From assembly GCA_964016885.1 (NCBI GenBank), contig OZ024762.1, positions 8,246,001 to 8,310,000 on the forward strand: a DNA stretch of 64,000 bases, in the 5' to 3' direction. The number at the start of each line of letters is the position of its first letter. Within the stretch, counting starts at the first letter, position 1. Below the pieces are notes generated by a model. It worked only from the letters and a program-made list of their open reading frames with translations. It was not told where the DNA came from and did not search any database. Made by a program: the position numbers and the translations under genes. Of the stretch, positions 1 to 14,100 are shown in pieces. This DNA is from Eledone cirrhosa (lineage: Eukaryota).

Positions 1-228
1 TTTCTCGCTCACACACATACACTCTCTCTCTCTTTCACAAACACTCTGTCTCTCTCACACACACACAAAATGATATAATCACACTCTCGCTCACACACAC
101 ACATATATACAATCACTCCCTCTCTCTTACACACATATACATACACATTTTTTTCTCTCATAATCCATACACACTCTTCTTCCATTCTCCTCTCTTATTC
201 TTTTTCTTTCGTTCCTTATCTTTCTCCC

Positions 229-265
<37 letters not shown>

Positions 266-329
266 CTTCAGTCTATCTATTTATCCATTCATCCATCTCT
301 CTCGTTCTGTCTATCTATTTATCTGTTTC

Positions 330-730
330 CTTATTGTTCCTTTCTCTCCGGCGAGCAACTGATTTGTTTTTTCAAATATCATTTTGGAAGAAGAATCAGG
401 ATGGAGAGAGAGGTGCTGTACCCCAGCAAATTTTATAAAAGGTGGGTGAATGTGGCAAAGATGGCCCGAATGGTTGCGCCTTCTCTCTATATAAGCCTGT
501 AGGTTGAGGAAAGAGAGGAAGGGAGTACTCACTCTTGGTGCTCCTGGAGATGAGGGTGGTACATTTTTTCGGGGTGTACAACCCCTGTGTAACGCCTCCC
601 CCCTATTGGGGATATCAATTGTTATTTGTTATTTTATTAATAGTTTTATTTTCATATACCTGTATGTAAACTCCCCATTTGTATTTGTCCCCTTCTTTTG
701 TGCCCTTGTGGCTAATAAAGAAATGTATCT
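330..730 (+). mobile_element. L1/Tx1-like LINE 3' end relic
   Basis: Translates as ...LICFFKYHFGRRIRMEREVLYPSKFYKRWVNV. The tail ctccccctattgggg...cccttgtggctaataaagaaa recurs at ~54790-54940. Confidence 0.45.
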
Positions 731-1109
731 ATCTGTTCCCTTATTCCTCACAAACTCTCAACTTCTCAATCTAACAATCTTTCACCCTTCTTTACATGTT
801 ACAACACACTCTCTCTCTTCTTGCCATCCTTTTCTTACCTTTTGAAGTGTGTGTGTATGTGTGTTTGTCCTCCCTCTTCCTAACACTCTTACCCCAGCTG
901 CCCCCTTCCTTACTAAGACATTATGTGTGTGTGTGTATGTATGTCCCCTTTTCCTCCTTCCCGCCATCTCCTCCCTCATTGTGTGTCCCCTTCAATCTCT
1001 CTTAGCACCGCTTTTCCCCCTCCTCCTTATTAATATATTGCGTGTGTTTATCCTCCCCCCCCCCCGATTATGTGTGTGTGTGTCTGTGTATTTATCTCCA
1101 CCACCCCCT

Positions 1110-1225
1110 CCTATCTCTCTTATCCACCCCCTTCCTATCTCTCTTATCCACCCCCTTCCTATCTCTCTTATCCACCCCCTTCCTATCTCTCTTATCCACC
1201 CCCTTCCTATCTCTCTTATCCCCCC
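1110..1225. repeat. 27-bp minisatellite
   Basis: (cctatctctcttatccacccccttc) about 4-5 copies. Confidence 0.9.
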
Positions 1226-1481
1226 CCCTTACTAACACGTTATGCAACACATGGATTACTTTTCCTATTTTGTTGTCCATTCAAGCAGACATTCTTTCAC
1301 GTTGTTTCTCCGCATACTCATACACACTCACAAACATACATACATATACACACACACACACACAGAAATACATAGATACACTGGTAAACACACAATCTCA
1401 TATATACATACAAACATACATATATACACAGACACATACAAACACACACAAACATACCTACACCCATACACATACATACAC

Positions 1482-3700
1482 AGGTTACTGGCTGAAGAAT
1501 TTCACCTTTTATCAACAAGATCTCGTACGGTTGTATGGAGAAGGTATCAAGGGCACACAAGAACTGCCCCTATGGTTATCAACTGCCACTACTCTCCTTA
1601 TCTCCCAAAATAGCCAAACCACCCTTGATAAAAAATTACCCCCCCAATAGCCTGCTAGAACATCATGTACAAATTATACACTGGGTGCCTTAATCTGTTC
1701 TTGCAAGATCATTGTGCCACCAACAACTTACACCTGAGCAAGCTGGGGGAAAGAAAGGAAGTCTGGGGGCTGTATAGAACATCTTAACCCTTTAGTATTT
1801 ACATCATCATCATCATCATTTCATTTTACGTCCGCTTTTTCCCTGCTTGCAAGGGTGGGACGGGAACTGATGCTGGCTTGATTTCTACAGCTGGATGCCC
1901 TTCCTAACACCAACCTCATTTACAGTGAGTGCTGGGTGCTTCTTTGCTGCGGCACCTCCACGACCACTTTGCAGTGGAATGATATGGACCCCAGTCCCTA
2001 TCATCTCATTTCTACAGCTGAGTAAACTGGAGCAATGTGAAATAAAGTGTCTTGCTCAAGGAAACAACACATCACCCGGTCTGAGAATTGAACTCACAAC
2101 CTTTCGATTGCAAGGCCAATGCTCTAAGCACTAAGCCATGTGCCTCCATACTATCAACAGTAGCGAGCAGAGGGGGCGAGGCACGGTGTGTTGGCCCCGA
2201 TCATCCTTTGGATGGGGGGGTATCATTTGGAGAAAAGAACTTAATAAATTTGATTGATTTATATTAAAATCAAAGAAAGCGTTTATTTCATGTTTCATCT
2301 GTGTTTATATATTCAAAATGTTTTCCTTTCTCATAATTGTTTCTACTTTTGGCACAAGGCCAGCAATTATCCCAGTACATTACTGGTACTTTATTTTATC
2401 GACCCCGTAAGGATGAAAGGCAAAGTAAACCTCGGCGGGAATTGAACTCAGATCGTAAAGGGACGTAACTATGCTGGAAAGCATATCCTACCCTCTACCG
2501 ATACTGCCAATTCAAAACAATGTCACTAGACCGAGATCTTTGGCACTATGCAGTAATACAGAAGACCCGCCTTGCCTAAGTACAAAGCGAAACCTACACT
2601 CAGTAGGCACCTCTTAACCAAAAATGTACAGACCATTGTTTATAACTATATCTCCTGGACACGCTGTAGACATGTTTCACCACAAATTAAGTGTAGAATC
2701 ATATCGCTAACGACTAGGCTTTACCTCACATAATATTGAATCTATGAAATATTGATGTTATTTATTCTGAGAACAATACCTTAACATCAGTATGAGTGGC
2801 TAGTTACGGCCAGTTTGAACGGAAAGAGGTGAGAAAATTCTGGCCGGATACGGCCAGTTTAAATGCTAAAGGGTTAAGTATCATGCACACTCTGATAGGT
2901 TTGTGGTCAAGCCTGTAAGCAGTGGAGACTTCCAGCATTCTTGGCCCCCAGACAACATGCCTGTTCACTGATATTGGAGCAGAGTTGGCTGCCTGCAGGT
3001 GCAAGCCCCATGAGGTGGAAGTGACTGTTCCAACATGTCTTCCTCACCGTCCTTCAATGTAACGTCTTCTCCATCCTGTCGGCCGGCACCATGAGGTGGA
3101 CGACCTATTAGGGTTGGAGTAGGGTGGCATTCTTCAGGTGAAAGGGTTAATAACTGTTTCTACTTTTGGCACAGGGCCAGCAATTATCCCAGTGCATTAC
3201 TGGCGCTTTATTTTATCGACCCCGTAAGGATGAACAGCAAAGCTAACCTCAGCAGGATTTGAACTCAGAACATAAAGGGGCATAACTCTATGCTGCAAAG
3301 CATGATGTCTGACACTACTGATACTACCAATCCACCAATGCTGACACTCACACACTACAAAATATGTAATTATCCTTTTAATAGGAGATTAACCCTTTAC
3401 TCCATATTTACTATTGTATTTTCACACTAAAAACACTTTATTTCACATAATTATCTCACATAATATAGAATCTATGAGATTTTGATATTATTTATTTTGA
3501 GAACAATAATTTAACATAAGTATGAGCAGCCAGTTTGAACAGAAAGAGGTGAGAGAATTCTGGCTGGGTACGACCGGTTTAAATGCTAAAGGGTTTACAA
3601 AATATCCAAAGAAAAACAGTAATGTATCACAGGAACTTGACTGTTGTGTGGCTGGACTACCAGAAGGCTTTTGACAGTATACCATATCAGGAGCAGTAGA
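1482..3700 (+). mobile_element. R4/Dong-like non-LTR RT relic split by nested insertions
   Basis: 1482-1783 translates, with frameshifts, to GYWLK..PLWL..TTLLI..PIAC*NIMYKLYT..EQAG.KKG..CIEHL. It resumes at ~3632 as NLTVVWLDYQKAFDSIP. Confidence 0.7.
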
Positions 3701-4987
3701 ACTAAAGGGGCCATGTCCCTTCACCCCAATAATTATATTTTCCTCCTGAAACTACCAAAACACACATCTATTAGTATACGCGTTACAATTTATGTACATG
3801 TTATGTTTATCACACATCAAAGATTTTTATATCTTGGTTGATATTTGATAATAAAAGTGTAATATATTATGTTAACTTTCATAGTAATTTTTTTTGTCAT
3901 GACAACTTTTTCTCCGCATGTCACTATTTGCCAATTGCTAATATGTGTATTCAGAGACAGATTTCACATGTCATTTTGCTATAATCACTTTATAATTATT
4001 GACAGCTGTAAATGTAATATGACCTGCTTAGATTCAAATTACATTTTCTGACCATTTTAGAGTGCAAAGAACTAAGCTAATCACTACAACTAAATTGACT
4101 AAATTTGCACACACACACACCCCAGTTCAGAAATGATTCCTCTGCCTCTGCACATGGGTGGATTATCAAGGCTTTACCGTTAGCCACAGTCCCACAACCA
4201 CTAGTAGCTGGTATTGTATGTCTGACCAAGAATTAATACGCCACTTTGTACCTTAGGGGTGGTAAGGTGCAAATTAAGTCTGATAGCATTCACTATCAAA
4301 AATGCATCTTTCAAGGTGAGTAGCACTGACTTGTCAGTGTTACTCTTTGTCCTCTCATTAAAACCACTATCATACCTGCTCGCTATACATAGTGGCCATA
4401 GGTCCAGAAGTATCTCCCCTCTTTTCTTTGCCCACTTATTCCTGGGAGAGTGTCATGGTAGTAGAAAACTCAAGTATTCCTTCCAGTATATGATTATGAA
4501 AATTCTATATATATCATCATTCATATACATATATTATATATATATATATTTGCCTGCAGCATATCACATAATTGGATTTTCATCTGAAGATACTGTTGCC
4601 AAACCAACAACAAATACATACATTACATTGTGGGTTGCATAAGGGAACCATTGAAATAATTATAATGAATAAACGATTTATGTAATAGCATCTTTTTTAA
4701 TGTTATTCTTACATATATATATATACATATATGTATATCATCATCATCATCATCATCATTTTACGTCCGCTCTTCCCTGCTTGCAAGGGTGGGACGGGTC
4801 CTATTCAGCACAGCATCTCTCCACTTGTCACGGTCCTTTGTCATCTCCTCCATGAGTTTCAGCGATCTGAGGTCTGCTCTCACCACCTCCGCCCATGTTT
4901 GTGTGCGTGTAAAAGGTAAACAGAAATAACAACACAATCGGTACAGTATATGGAAGGAATATAACGCCTGAAATAGCAGGAAGAGAG

Positions 4988-5023
4988 TCTTAACGTTTCG
5001 GACGCTAGTCTTTCATCAGAAGA
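4988..5023 (-). ncRNA. Second copy of the minimal hammerhead-like motif
   Basis: Reverse complement reads tctt-CTGATGA-a-agac(tagc)gtcc-GAAA-cg-TT-aaga. Flanks 4905-5035 match 59821-59965. Confidence 0.65.
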
Positions 5024-7959
5024 AAGAATGAGGAATTAGAAAAATTATATATATTCATATATATTCATATATATAAAGAATTCGAAGTTTGAAAGCCACA
5101 ACAATGCAAAATGGATGGATAAACAAACAAGTCGGATGAAACAAGATGTTATGTGTTTTACCTTAATTTATTTATATGTCCTGATATTTCAAAATTAATA
5201 TCTCTTCTTCTGAGGAAAATAAAAGGGACTAATCCAGTGTCTGATGAAGCACACTATACCATGCTGACAGCAGTGGTTTTTTTTTTTTTTTTTTAGGGCG
5301 GGGAATTGGCAATATCGGTAGAGAGTTGAACGCCATGCTTTCTAGCATAGTTACGTCCCTTTATGATCTGCGTTCAAATCCCGCCGAGGTTAACTTTGGC
5401 TTTCATCCTTACGGGGTCGATAAAATAAAGTACCAGTAATGCACTGGATAATTGCTGGCCTTGTGCCAAAAGTAGAAACAATTATTTTTTTTTTTCAACC
5501 TCTTTTGTTTTAATAAAATTATAGTTCTTGATAGGTCAAAAGGGGCACAGAGTTATTTCCCCTTAAATCTACATAAATACATACATACAACAACCCTGAG
5601 CACCATTTTGATTTCCATGTGAGCATGCCTACAAAGTCAGAAAACAGCACAGCTCCCATGACTTTCGGAAACATTTTTTCAAGCTCAGAGTTGCTGAAGC
5701 ATGGAACAAACTACCTGCATCAGTTGTTAGCTGCCGAGACACTGCAACTTCCATGTTTCCTGAAATTTGCCAACACTACACTTGATATTCCTCCTCCATA
5801 CACATGTACACATGTATATCATGACTCATACACTGTTCACTTTCCTGACATTTGTACATTATTCTATGTACTATATGTGCACCTTTGATGAGTTGCAGTG
5901 TACCTGACACTATACACAATAATTTCATTATTATTATTATTGTGTGCTGCCACACACGTTCACATACATGTGTAAACATGCAAGCTCACAGACATGCATG
6001 AATATAATCGTATAAACACATACATGGACATACACAATTTCTCACAGTTAAATAATCTGATGGGAGTGTGTCTTCTCACATAAGTAAATCAGCCCACATA
6101 TATGAAAGGCCAGTTATAAGTAAATCAGCCCACATATATGAAAGGCTGCATAGTAGTGAGACATGGGCAGCAACTGCAGAGGATATGTGACGGCTGGAGA
6201 GAAATGAAGCAAGCATGTTCCGTTGGATGTGCAATGTCAATATGCGTGAATAACCAAGCATAGACGAGTTGAGAGAGAAACTGTGTATAAGAGGGATAAG
6301 TTGTAGTGTGCGGGAGAGAAGCCTGCATTGGTATGGATCTTGTTAAATACTCACTCTGCAGCCAACAGGCTTCTGGTTCAGTTCTGCTGAGTGACACCTT
6401 AAGCAAGTATCTTCTTCTATAACCTTAGGTTAACCAATTCCTGTGAGTGAAATTTGGGAGACAGAAACTATTCAGTTTCTATTTGAATTAAAATTTCCAC
6501 CATAATCTTTCATCAAGTCTGCTACATATTAATTACCATCTTAATAATGAAATAATTAATGATTTTAATAAATTCTCCAACTTCTTCGTTATTTCTAATG
6601 AAATACACTGTATTTCATTAGAAATATGATCATGAAAGGGTTAAGGCCATTTTCCCTGTTAAAGCAAGGTTTAGCCATGTGGAGACACCATAGGAGATGC
6701 AATCATAATGATGAGGCCCTAAAGCAAGATTTAGGCATGTGGGAGTCACCATACTGGACATAGTCAAGGTTTAGGTATGTGGAGGGCACTATAGCTGATG
6801 TGGTCATGATTTAGGCATGTGCGGACACCATAGCAGATGTAATCAAGGTTTAGGCATGGTTGGGCACAGTAACAGATGTAAGCAAGGTTTAAGCTTGTGG
6901 GAGCGCCATCCAAGCCATAATTATACTTATGATGGTGTCCTTTTACAACAATGTTTTATGGTCAGGTCAGAGGCAATATTTTAGGTGTCTTAGTAGTCAT
7001 TAAAGTGTCAGTTGAATTAGTTGTTACAGTCAGATTTAATGCTTAGTATTCATTTCAGCTTACTGTGCTCAAAGTTCAAATTCCAGTGAGGTCAAACTTG
7101 CCCTTCATCCATCTGGTATCAATAATTGAAGTATTAGAGAGGTCAACTTTGATCTTACATCCAAGTGGACAATAGAATGGAGAAAGTGTTTTCCCCAGAG
7201 GAGAGTGAGGGGACACATTGGAATGGTCATTCCAACTGACAGGGCTCACTCCTGAAGGTGGCCAACTCCACCCTGATAGCAGTGAATAGAGAGCTGGTTT
7301 AGGGACCCAGAACACCAGAAGTCTTCACTGTTATATGTTTTAAAATGACAATGACAACGATGATGATGATGATAATTAATATATTAATATAAAAAATGAT
7401 AATCATGGATAATTATTTTTTCACCTGGAAAAGCAGGTGTTAAAATGACAATGACAGTGATGTTGAAGATTGATATATTAACACAAAAAATGATAATTAT
7501 GTATAATTATTTTAAAAAATTTTACCCAAACTTTTTTAGAGAAGGGCTCAAATTCCTACAGCTTAGGGTCTCAGCATGTGAAAATTCATCTCCACCTCTG
7601 GTTGGTTCCATGTGTGGTTTAATATGAAAAAAGTTAAGGAAACATAAATACAAATATTCTAATTTTTCTTGTTTTTCAGCCATAAAAAAATAGAAGAAAG
7701 ATCATTTCTCACAACACTAAGTTCTTGTTTATTATTTTACAAAAAGTTTTCTTTACTTTTGTCACAATTTCTTTATGTTGTCAATATTTTTCAAAACAAC
7801 ATTTCAAAAAGATTGACTTTCCAGGAAGACAAATACAACCTTTTGTTGACCACAACTGACTACAACAATACAACTTTTAAAACTATGAGAAAGTACCTAG
7901 GATGGGAAGATAATGCTTATTTAGTGTTAGTTAACAACTGGTAAATGTTCTTTAGTCTT

Positions 7960-7965
7960 TTGCTA

Positions 7966-8006
<41 letters not shown>

Positions 8007-8605
8007 CTACTACTACTACTGCTTCTACTACCACTACTATTGCTGCTACTACTACCACCACAACTGCTACTACCACCACTACTGCTACTGCTACTGCTAC
8101 TACTACCACTACTGTTACTACTACCACCACCACCACTACTGCTACTACTACCAACACCAGCACTACTGCTACTACTACCAACACCAGCACTACTGCTATC
8201 ACTACCACCGCTAGTACTATTACTGCTATTACTACTACCATAACCACCACTACTGCTACTACTACTAACACCACTACCACCACCACTACTGCTACTACTA
8301 CTAACACCACCACCACTACTGCTATTGCTACTAACACCACCACCACTACTGCTACTACTACAAACACCACCACCACTACTGCTACTACTACCATCACCAC
8401 CATTACCACTACTACTACTAGAATCATAACCACCATAACTATTATTACAACTACCACAACCACAACCACCACCACCACAACCATCACCATCACTACCACT
8501 ACTACAACTGTTACAATAGACATTATAACCACCACCATTAACACTACTACTGCCATTGTTATCACCACCGCCATCACCAATATCATTATTATTATTATCA
8601 TTATT
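7960..8605. repeat. Compound trinucleotide tract (ACT/ACC/GCT/ATT)
   Basis: Direct inspection. Source of the poly-S/G/V/L pseudo-ORFs. Confidence 0.95.
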
Positions 8606-9344
8606 AATGCACTGGTTAATTGCTGGCCTTGTGCCTAAAGTAGAAACAATTATCATTATTATACGGTGGATTGGCAGTATCGGTAGAGGGTCGGACGCCA
8701 TGCTTTCCAGCATAGTTACGTCCCTTTACGATCTGAGTTCAAATCCCGCCGAGGTTGACTTTGCCTTTCATCCTTACAGGGTCGATAAAATAAAGTACCA
8801 GTAATGCACTGGGTAATTGCTGGCCTTGTGCCTAAAGTAGAAACAATTATTATTATAATTGTTTCTACTATTGGCACAAGGCCAGCAATTACCCAGTGCA
8901 TTACTGGTACTTTATTTTATCGACCCCGTAAAGATGAAAGGCAACGTTTAACCTCGGCGGGATTTGAACTCAGAAATGGCAAGGGCCGTAACTCTATGCG
9001 TCAAAGCATGGCGTCCGATACTGCCAATTCATTGCCCTTATCATCATTATTATAATATCTGCTTGCTCTGGCCGATACTCTAACGAAATAGGTTAAGTTT
9101 GGTTTCGTGTGTTTCTTAATATCAATAATCTTTGTATGACATTTATTCTTGAATTAGTTGGTGTATTTTGTGGAAAAAATTTACTGCGGACCTTCTCCTT
9201 GCTAATGAGTGGGGGGGGGGGGGGAGAGGAAATGGTAGAGGAAGATGGAGTGAAAAGTCAATGTTATGTCTGCATCATCATTTAACATCTGTTTTCCTGC
9301 TAGCAAAGGTTGAGCAGGACATCACTGACCAAGTGAGAACTCTA

Positions 9345-9870
9345 ATAGAGTTTCCACACTTTATCGATTGCTCAGATGTGCCGAGGGGCCTGCATTTCTT
9401 GTATATGTTTCCACAGTCTATCGATTGCTCAGATGTGCCAAGGGGCCTGCATTTCTTGTAAATATATGTTTCCATACTCTATCGATTGCTCAAAGGGCTG
9501 AGGGGCCTGCATTTCTTGTATATATGTTTCCATACTCTATCGATTGCTCAAAGGGCTGAGGGACCTGCATTTCATATATATATGTTTCCATACTCTATCG
9601 ATTGCTCAAAGGGCCGAGAGGCCTGCATTTCTTGTATATATGTTTCCATACTCTATCAATTACTCAGATGGGCTAAGGGGCCTGCATTTAATGTATATAT
9701 GTTTCCACACTCTATCAATTGCTCAGTTGGGCTAAGGGGCCTGCATTTCTTATAAATATTTTTCCACACTCTACCGTTTGCTCAAAGGGCTGAGGGGCCT
9801 GCATTTCTTATAAATATGTTTCCCCACTTTATCGATTGCTCGGATGGGTTGGTAGGCTGCATCTCATTTA
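9345..9870. repeat. ~60-bp minisatellite, about 9 copies
   Basis: Unit gtttccatactctatcgattgctcaaagggctgaggggcctgcatttcttgtatatat. Confidence 0.92.
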
Positions 9871-10024
9871 CAAACATTCCTATGATGATCCTGATTCTGT
9901 TGCCGTTGATCTTGAAGTATGACATCTTTGTTTTAAAACCTTTAAATTTTTGGCCTGCCCACCATTAGCTAACTGGCATAGCTAATAGTGATGGATGTTG
10001 TAAAGAGAAAAAGAATGAGATGTC

Positions 10025-10831
10025 TGGGTCAAATGTTGTGGATGGCTGGGTCATGTGTTGTGGGTGGCTGGGTCATGTGATGTGGGTGGGTGGGTCATGT
10101 GTTGTGGATGGGTGATGTGTTGTGGGTGGGTGATGTGTTGTGGGTGGCAGAGTCATGCGTTGTGGGTGGCTGGGTCATGTGTTGTGGGTGGCTGGGTCAT
10201 GTGATGTGGGTGGGTGGGTCATGTGTTGTGGGTGGCTGGCTGGGTCATGTGTTGTGGGTGGCTGGCTGGGTCATGTGTTATGGGTGGCTGGCTGGGTCAT
10301 GTGTTGTGGGTGGCTGGCTGGGTCATGTGTTGTGGGTGGCTGGGTCATATGCTGTGGGTGGCTGGGTCATGTGTTGTGGGTGGCTGGCTGGGTCATGTGT
10401 TATGGGTGGCTGGGTCATGTGTTGTGGGTGGCTAGGTCATGTCTGTGGGTGGCTGGGTCATGTGTTGTGGCTGGCTGGGTCATATGCTGTGGGTGGCTGG
10501 GTCATGTGCTGTGGGTGGCTGGCTGGGTCATATGCTGTGGGTGGCTGGGTCATGTGCTGTGGGTAGGTATTCAGTCAGCCTTCTGCATCAATCTTGATAA
10601 GATGGTGCTGTTCTGTCTTCTGGGTGTAGTTCCCAGGAGTTAGGTTTCATGTTTCAGTTGCTCCTTGTAATGTTGCATGGGGGCCCCGCGGGACCTCTTG
10701 TGTGTGTGTGTGGATGTATATCTGATAGTGTGTGTGTGTGTGTGGATGTATATCTGATAGTGTGTGTGTGTGTGTGTATATCTGATAGTATGTGTGTGTG
10801 TGTGTGTGTGTGTGTGGATGTATATCTGATA

Positions 10832-10862
<31 letters not shown>

Positions 10863-11940
10863 GATGTATATCTGATAGTATATGTGTGTGTGTGTGTGTG
10901 TGTGTGGATGTATATCTGATAGCATGTATGTGTAGTTGTTTGGATATGTATGGGTGGGTATTTGTGTATGAGTGCATGATGTGTGGTTGTGTGTGAAAGA
11001 GAGTGTGTGTGGTTGTGTGTGTGTGAGAAAAAGAGAGAGAAAGATTGCATGTGAAAGAGAGAGTATGTGCGATTGTGTGTATGTGTGATAGAGAGAGAGT
11101 GTGTATGTGTGTGTGTGTTTGAAAGAGAGAGTGTGAGTGTGTGTATTTGTGTGTGTGTATGCGAGAGAGTGTGTGTGCGCATGCGCGTGTGCATGTCAAA
11201 AAGAGAGAGTGTGTGTGCGAAAAAGAGAGCGTGTGTGCGAAAAAGAGAGAGTGTGTGTGCACGTGTGTGTGTGAAAAAGAGAGAGTGTGTGCAAAAAAAA
11301 GAGAGTGTGTGTGCGAAAAAGAGAGAGTGTGTGCACGTGTGTGTGCGAAAAAAAGAGAGTGTGTGTGCACGTGTGCGTGTGAGTATCCGAGTGGATATAT
11401 AAGTGTGTAATAGTATTCTTGTGCACATAACCATTGTGTGCGTGTATGCGTGGGTGTGTGAATATCTCAGACTTTATATGAATCCATGACTGTGCACACA
11501 CACACACACACATACATACACACACTCACACACTGTAATACTAGATGCATATGCACATTCATCAGCATCATCATCATCAGCCACTGTAGCAGCTACTGCT
11601 GCATGACAGCTGCAGTTGTTGTGGTGTCAACTGCCGGGAATGCAGTGAACAGAAATGGCAGGGTCCACAGATAACTGCATGTTGCTAGCAGCATTGCATG
11701 CTGCTGCATATAAGACCCTGCACAGTGCAGTCACTGCAGCGCCAGAAAAAAAAAGGGGGATGGTGGGTAGTTTAGTAGAGGCAGCCATTAGTGGGTGGTT
11801 TAAAAAACCCCACATTTGTTCAAGGCAGATGCATATATATATATATACACACACATATACATATATATACACACATACATATATATATATACATACACAT
11901 ACCCATATATACATACACACAAACATACATACATAAATAT

Positions 11941-11975
<35 letters not shown>

Positions 11976-12281
11976 CATATACACACACACATACATATAT
12001 ATATATACATATATATGCTTATATATATACATATATATATATACATATATATACATATATATATATATATGCTTATATATATACATATATATACATATAT
12101 ATATATATGCTTATATATATACATATATATACATACATATATATACATATATATGCTTTCAGCAGTGATTCTTTGTTTAAACTTTAATCTGTTAGTTTAA
12201 TAAATATTTGCTCTACCGTTCTTATAAATTTGATATATATTTATCCTTATCGAGCCCTCTTTGGATTTTAATCTTCAAATT

Positions 12282-12338
<57 letters not shown>

Positions 12339-12361
12339 CATATATATATATATACATACAC

Positions 12362-12398
<37 letters not shown>

Positions 12399-12820
12399 CA
12401 TACATATATATATATATACATACATATATATATATATATACATACATATATATATATATACATACATATATATATAAATTTATATACACACATATATATA
12501 TATACATACATATATATATACATATATATATATATATACATACATATATATATATATATATACATACATATATATATATATATACATACATATATATATA
12601 TATACATACATATATATATATACACATGTATACATACACACACACATATATATACATACACACACACACATACATATATACACACACACACATATATATA
12701 TATATATACACATATGTATATACACACAAACAAACACACACACACATATATATACACACACACATATATATATATACACACACACACATATATATATATA
12801 CACACACATATATATATATG
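10025..12820. repeat. Block of TG-rich minisatellite and (TG)/(AC)/(AT) microsatellites
   Basis: (gggtggctgggtcatgtgttgt)n at 10025-10565, (TG)n arrays to 11400, (AT/AC)n at 11830-12820. Confidence 0.95.
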
Positions 12821-13114
12821 ATGACAACCTCCCCCATGATAGGGTATGGCTATCAAACAAGATCAGCTTGAGTTCTGTGGGTGCTGCAAACAGATATGGC
12901 TTGTTAGGCCTGCAAGGCAGATGTGCAACGCTCTCAATCTAACATTATTGGCCTCATGAGACTCATTATGCACTTTGATATGCATTTTAAGCTGCCAACA
13001 GACCTGCATTCTTTGTCACAGTTTCTGCGTAAATATGTTGTATTTCCGGCAATGGTGATTTGGCAGTTGGCAGGAGCTCTCTATTATTTATGACTGCGTA
13101 GATGTACACACCCC

Positions 13115-13149
<35 letters not shown>

Positions 13150-13154
13150 GCATA

Positions 13155-13652
13155 TGGAGGCACATGGCTTAGTGGTTAGAGCATTGGGCTCGCAATCGAA
13201 AGGTTGTGAGTTCAATTCTCAGACCGGGTGGTGTGTTGTTTCCTTGAGCAAGACACTTTATTTCACATTGCTCCAGTTTACTCAGCTGTAGAAATGAGAT
13301 GATAGGGACTTGGCTCCCTATCATTCCACTGCCTGCAAAGTGGTCGTGGAGGTGCCACGGCAAAAAAGCACCCGGCCACACTGTAAAGTGGTCGTGGAGG
13401 TGCCACGGCAAAAAAGCACCCGGCCACACTGTAAAGTGGTCGTGGAGGTGCCACGGCAAAAAAGCACCCAGCCACACTGTAAAGTGGTCGTGGAGGTGCC
13501 ACGAAAAAAAAAGCACCCAGCACTCACTGTAAATGAGGTTGGTGTTAGGAAGGGCATCCAGCTGTAGAAATCAAGCCAGAATCAGTTCCTGTCCCACCCT
13601 TGCAAGCAGGAAAAAGCGGACGTAAAAATGATGATGATAATGATGATGATGA
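13155..13652 (+). mobile_element. tRNA-derived SINE family B with internal 48-bp repeat and (ATG)n tail
   Basis: Box A TGGCTTAGTGG, box B GAGTTCAATTCT, core tccttgagcaagacacttt. Other copies at 1802-2150(-), 18800-19197 and 61590-61920; related heads at 32190, 35075, 42640-42850(-) and 48820-49015(-). Confidence 0.88.
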
Positions 13653-13658
13653 TACACG

Positions 13659-13689
<31 letters not shown>

Positions 13690-14100
13690 GAAGGAATTTG
13701 TAGTTTACTTGAAGCATTGTGTATGGTATAAAGAATTCGAAGTTTGAAACCATGACAATGCAGGTGTGGACAGAGAATAATTAAATTGTAATAAACAAGG
13801 CCTGTTTTTTTTACCTTAATTTATTCTGATATTTCGAGATTAATATCTCTTCTTCCAAGGAAAATAGAGGAACTATTCCAGTGTCCAATGTGGCTTGCTA
13901 TACCACTTCCAGCCAGCATGGTATAACAAGCCATATCAGACACTGGAATAGTTCCTTTATTTTCCTCAGAAGAAGAGATATTAATCTCGAAATATCAGGG
14001 CATATGAAAAAATTAACATAAAAAACTAACCCCGTTTCTTACGATTTAAATTTTTTCTATCCAAACTCACATTGTCATGGCTTTCAAACTTCAAATTCTT

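Noticed and set aside
489-497. TATA-like tatataagc with downstream AATAAA, suggesting a solo LTR
   Set aside because: There are no TG...CA termini or TSD. The segment follows an ORF2-like C-terminus and fits a LINE 3' UTR better.
2655-2720. GAAACATGTC (palindromic stem III-like half) on the minus strand
   Set aside because: No intact CTGANGA core or stem I partner was found.
7945-12871. Long ORFs (poly-S/G/V, YI/HT/CV repeats, 150-260 aa)
   Set aside because: They are translations of tri- and dinucleotide repeats, open in many frames, with no splice or homology support.
13155-13230. tRNA-like sequences with A and B boxes
   Set aside because: They are SINE heads running into core and tail, multi-copy and lacking a proper cloverleaf or oligo-T terminator.
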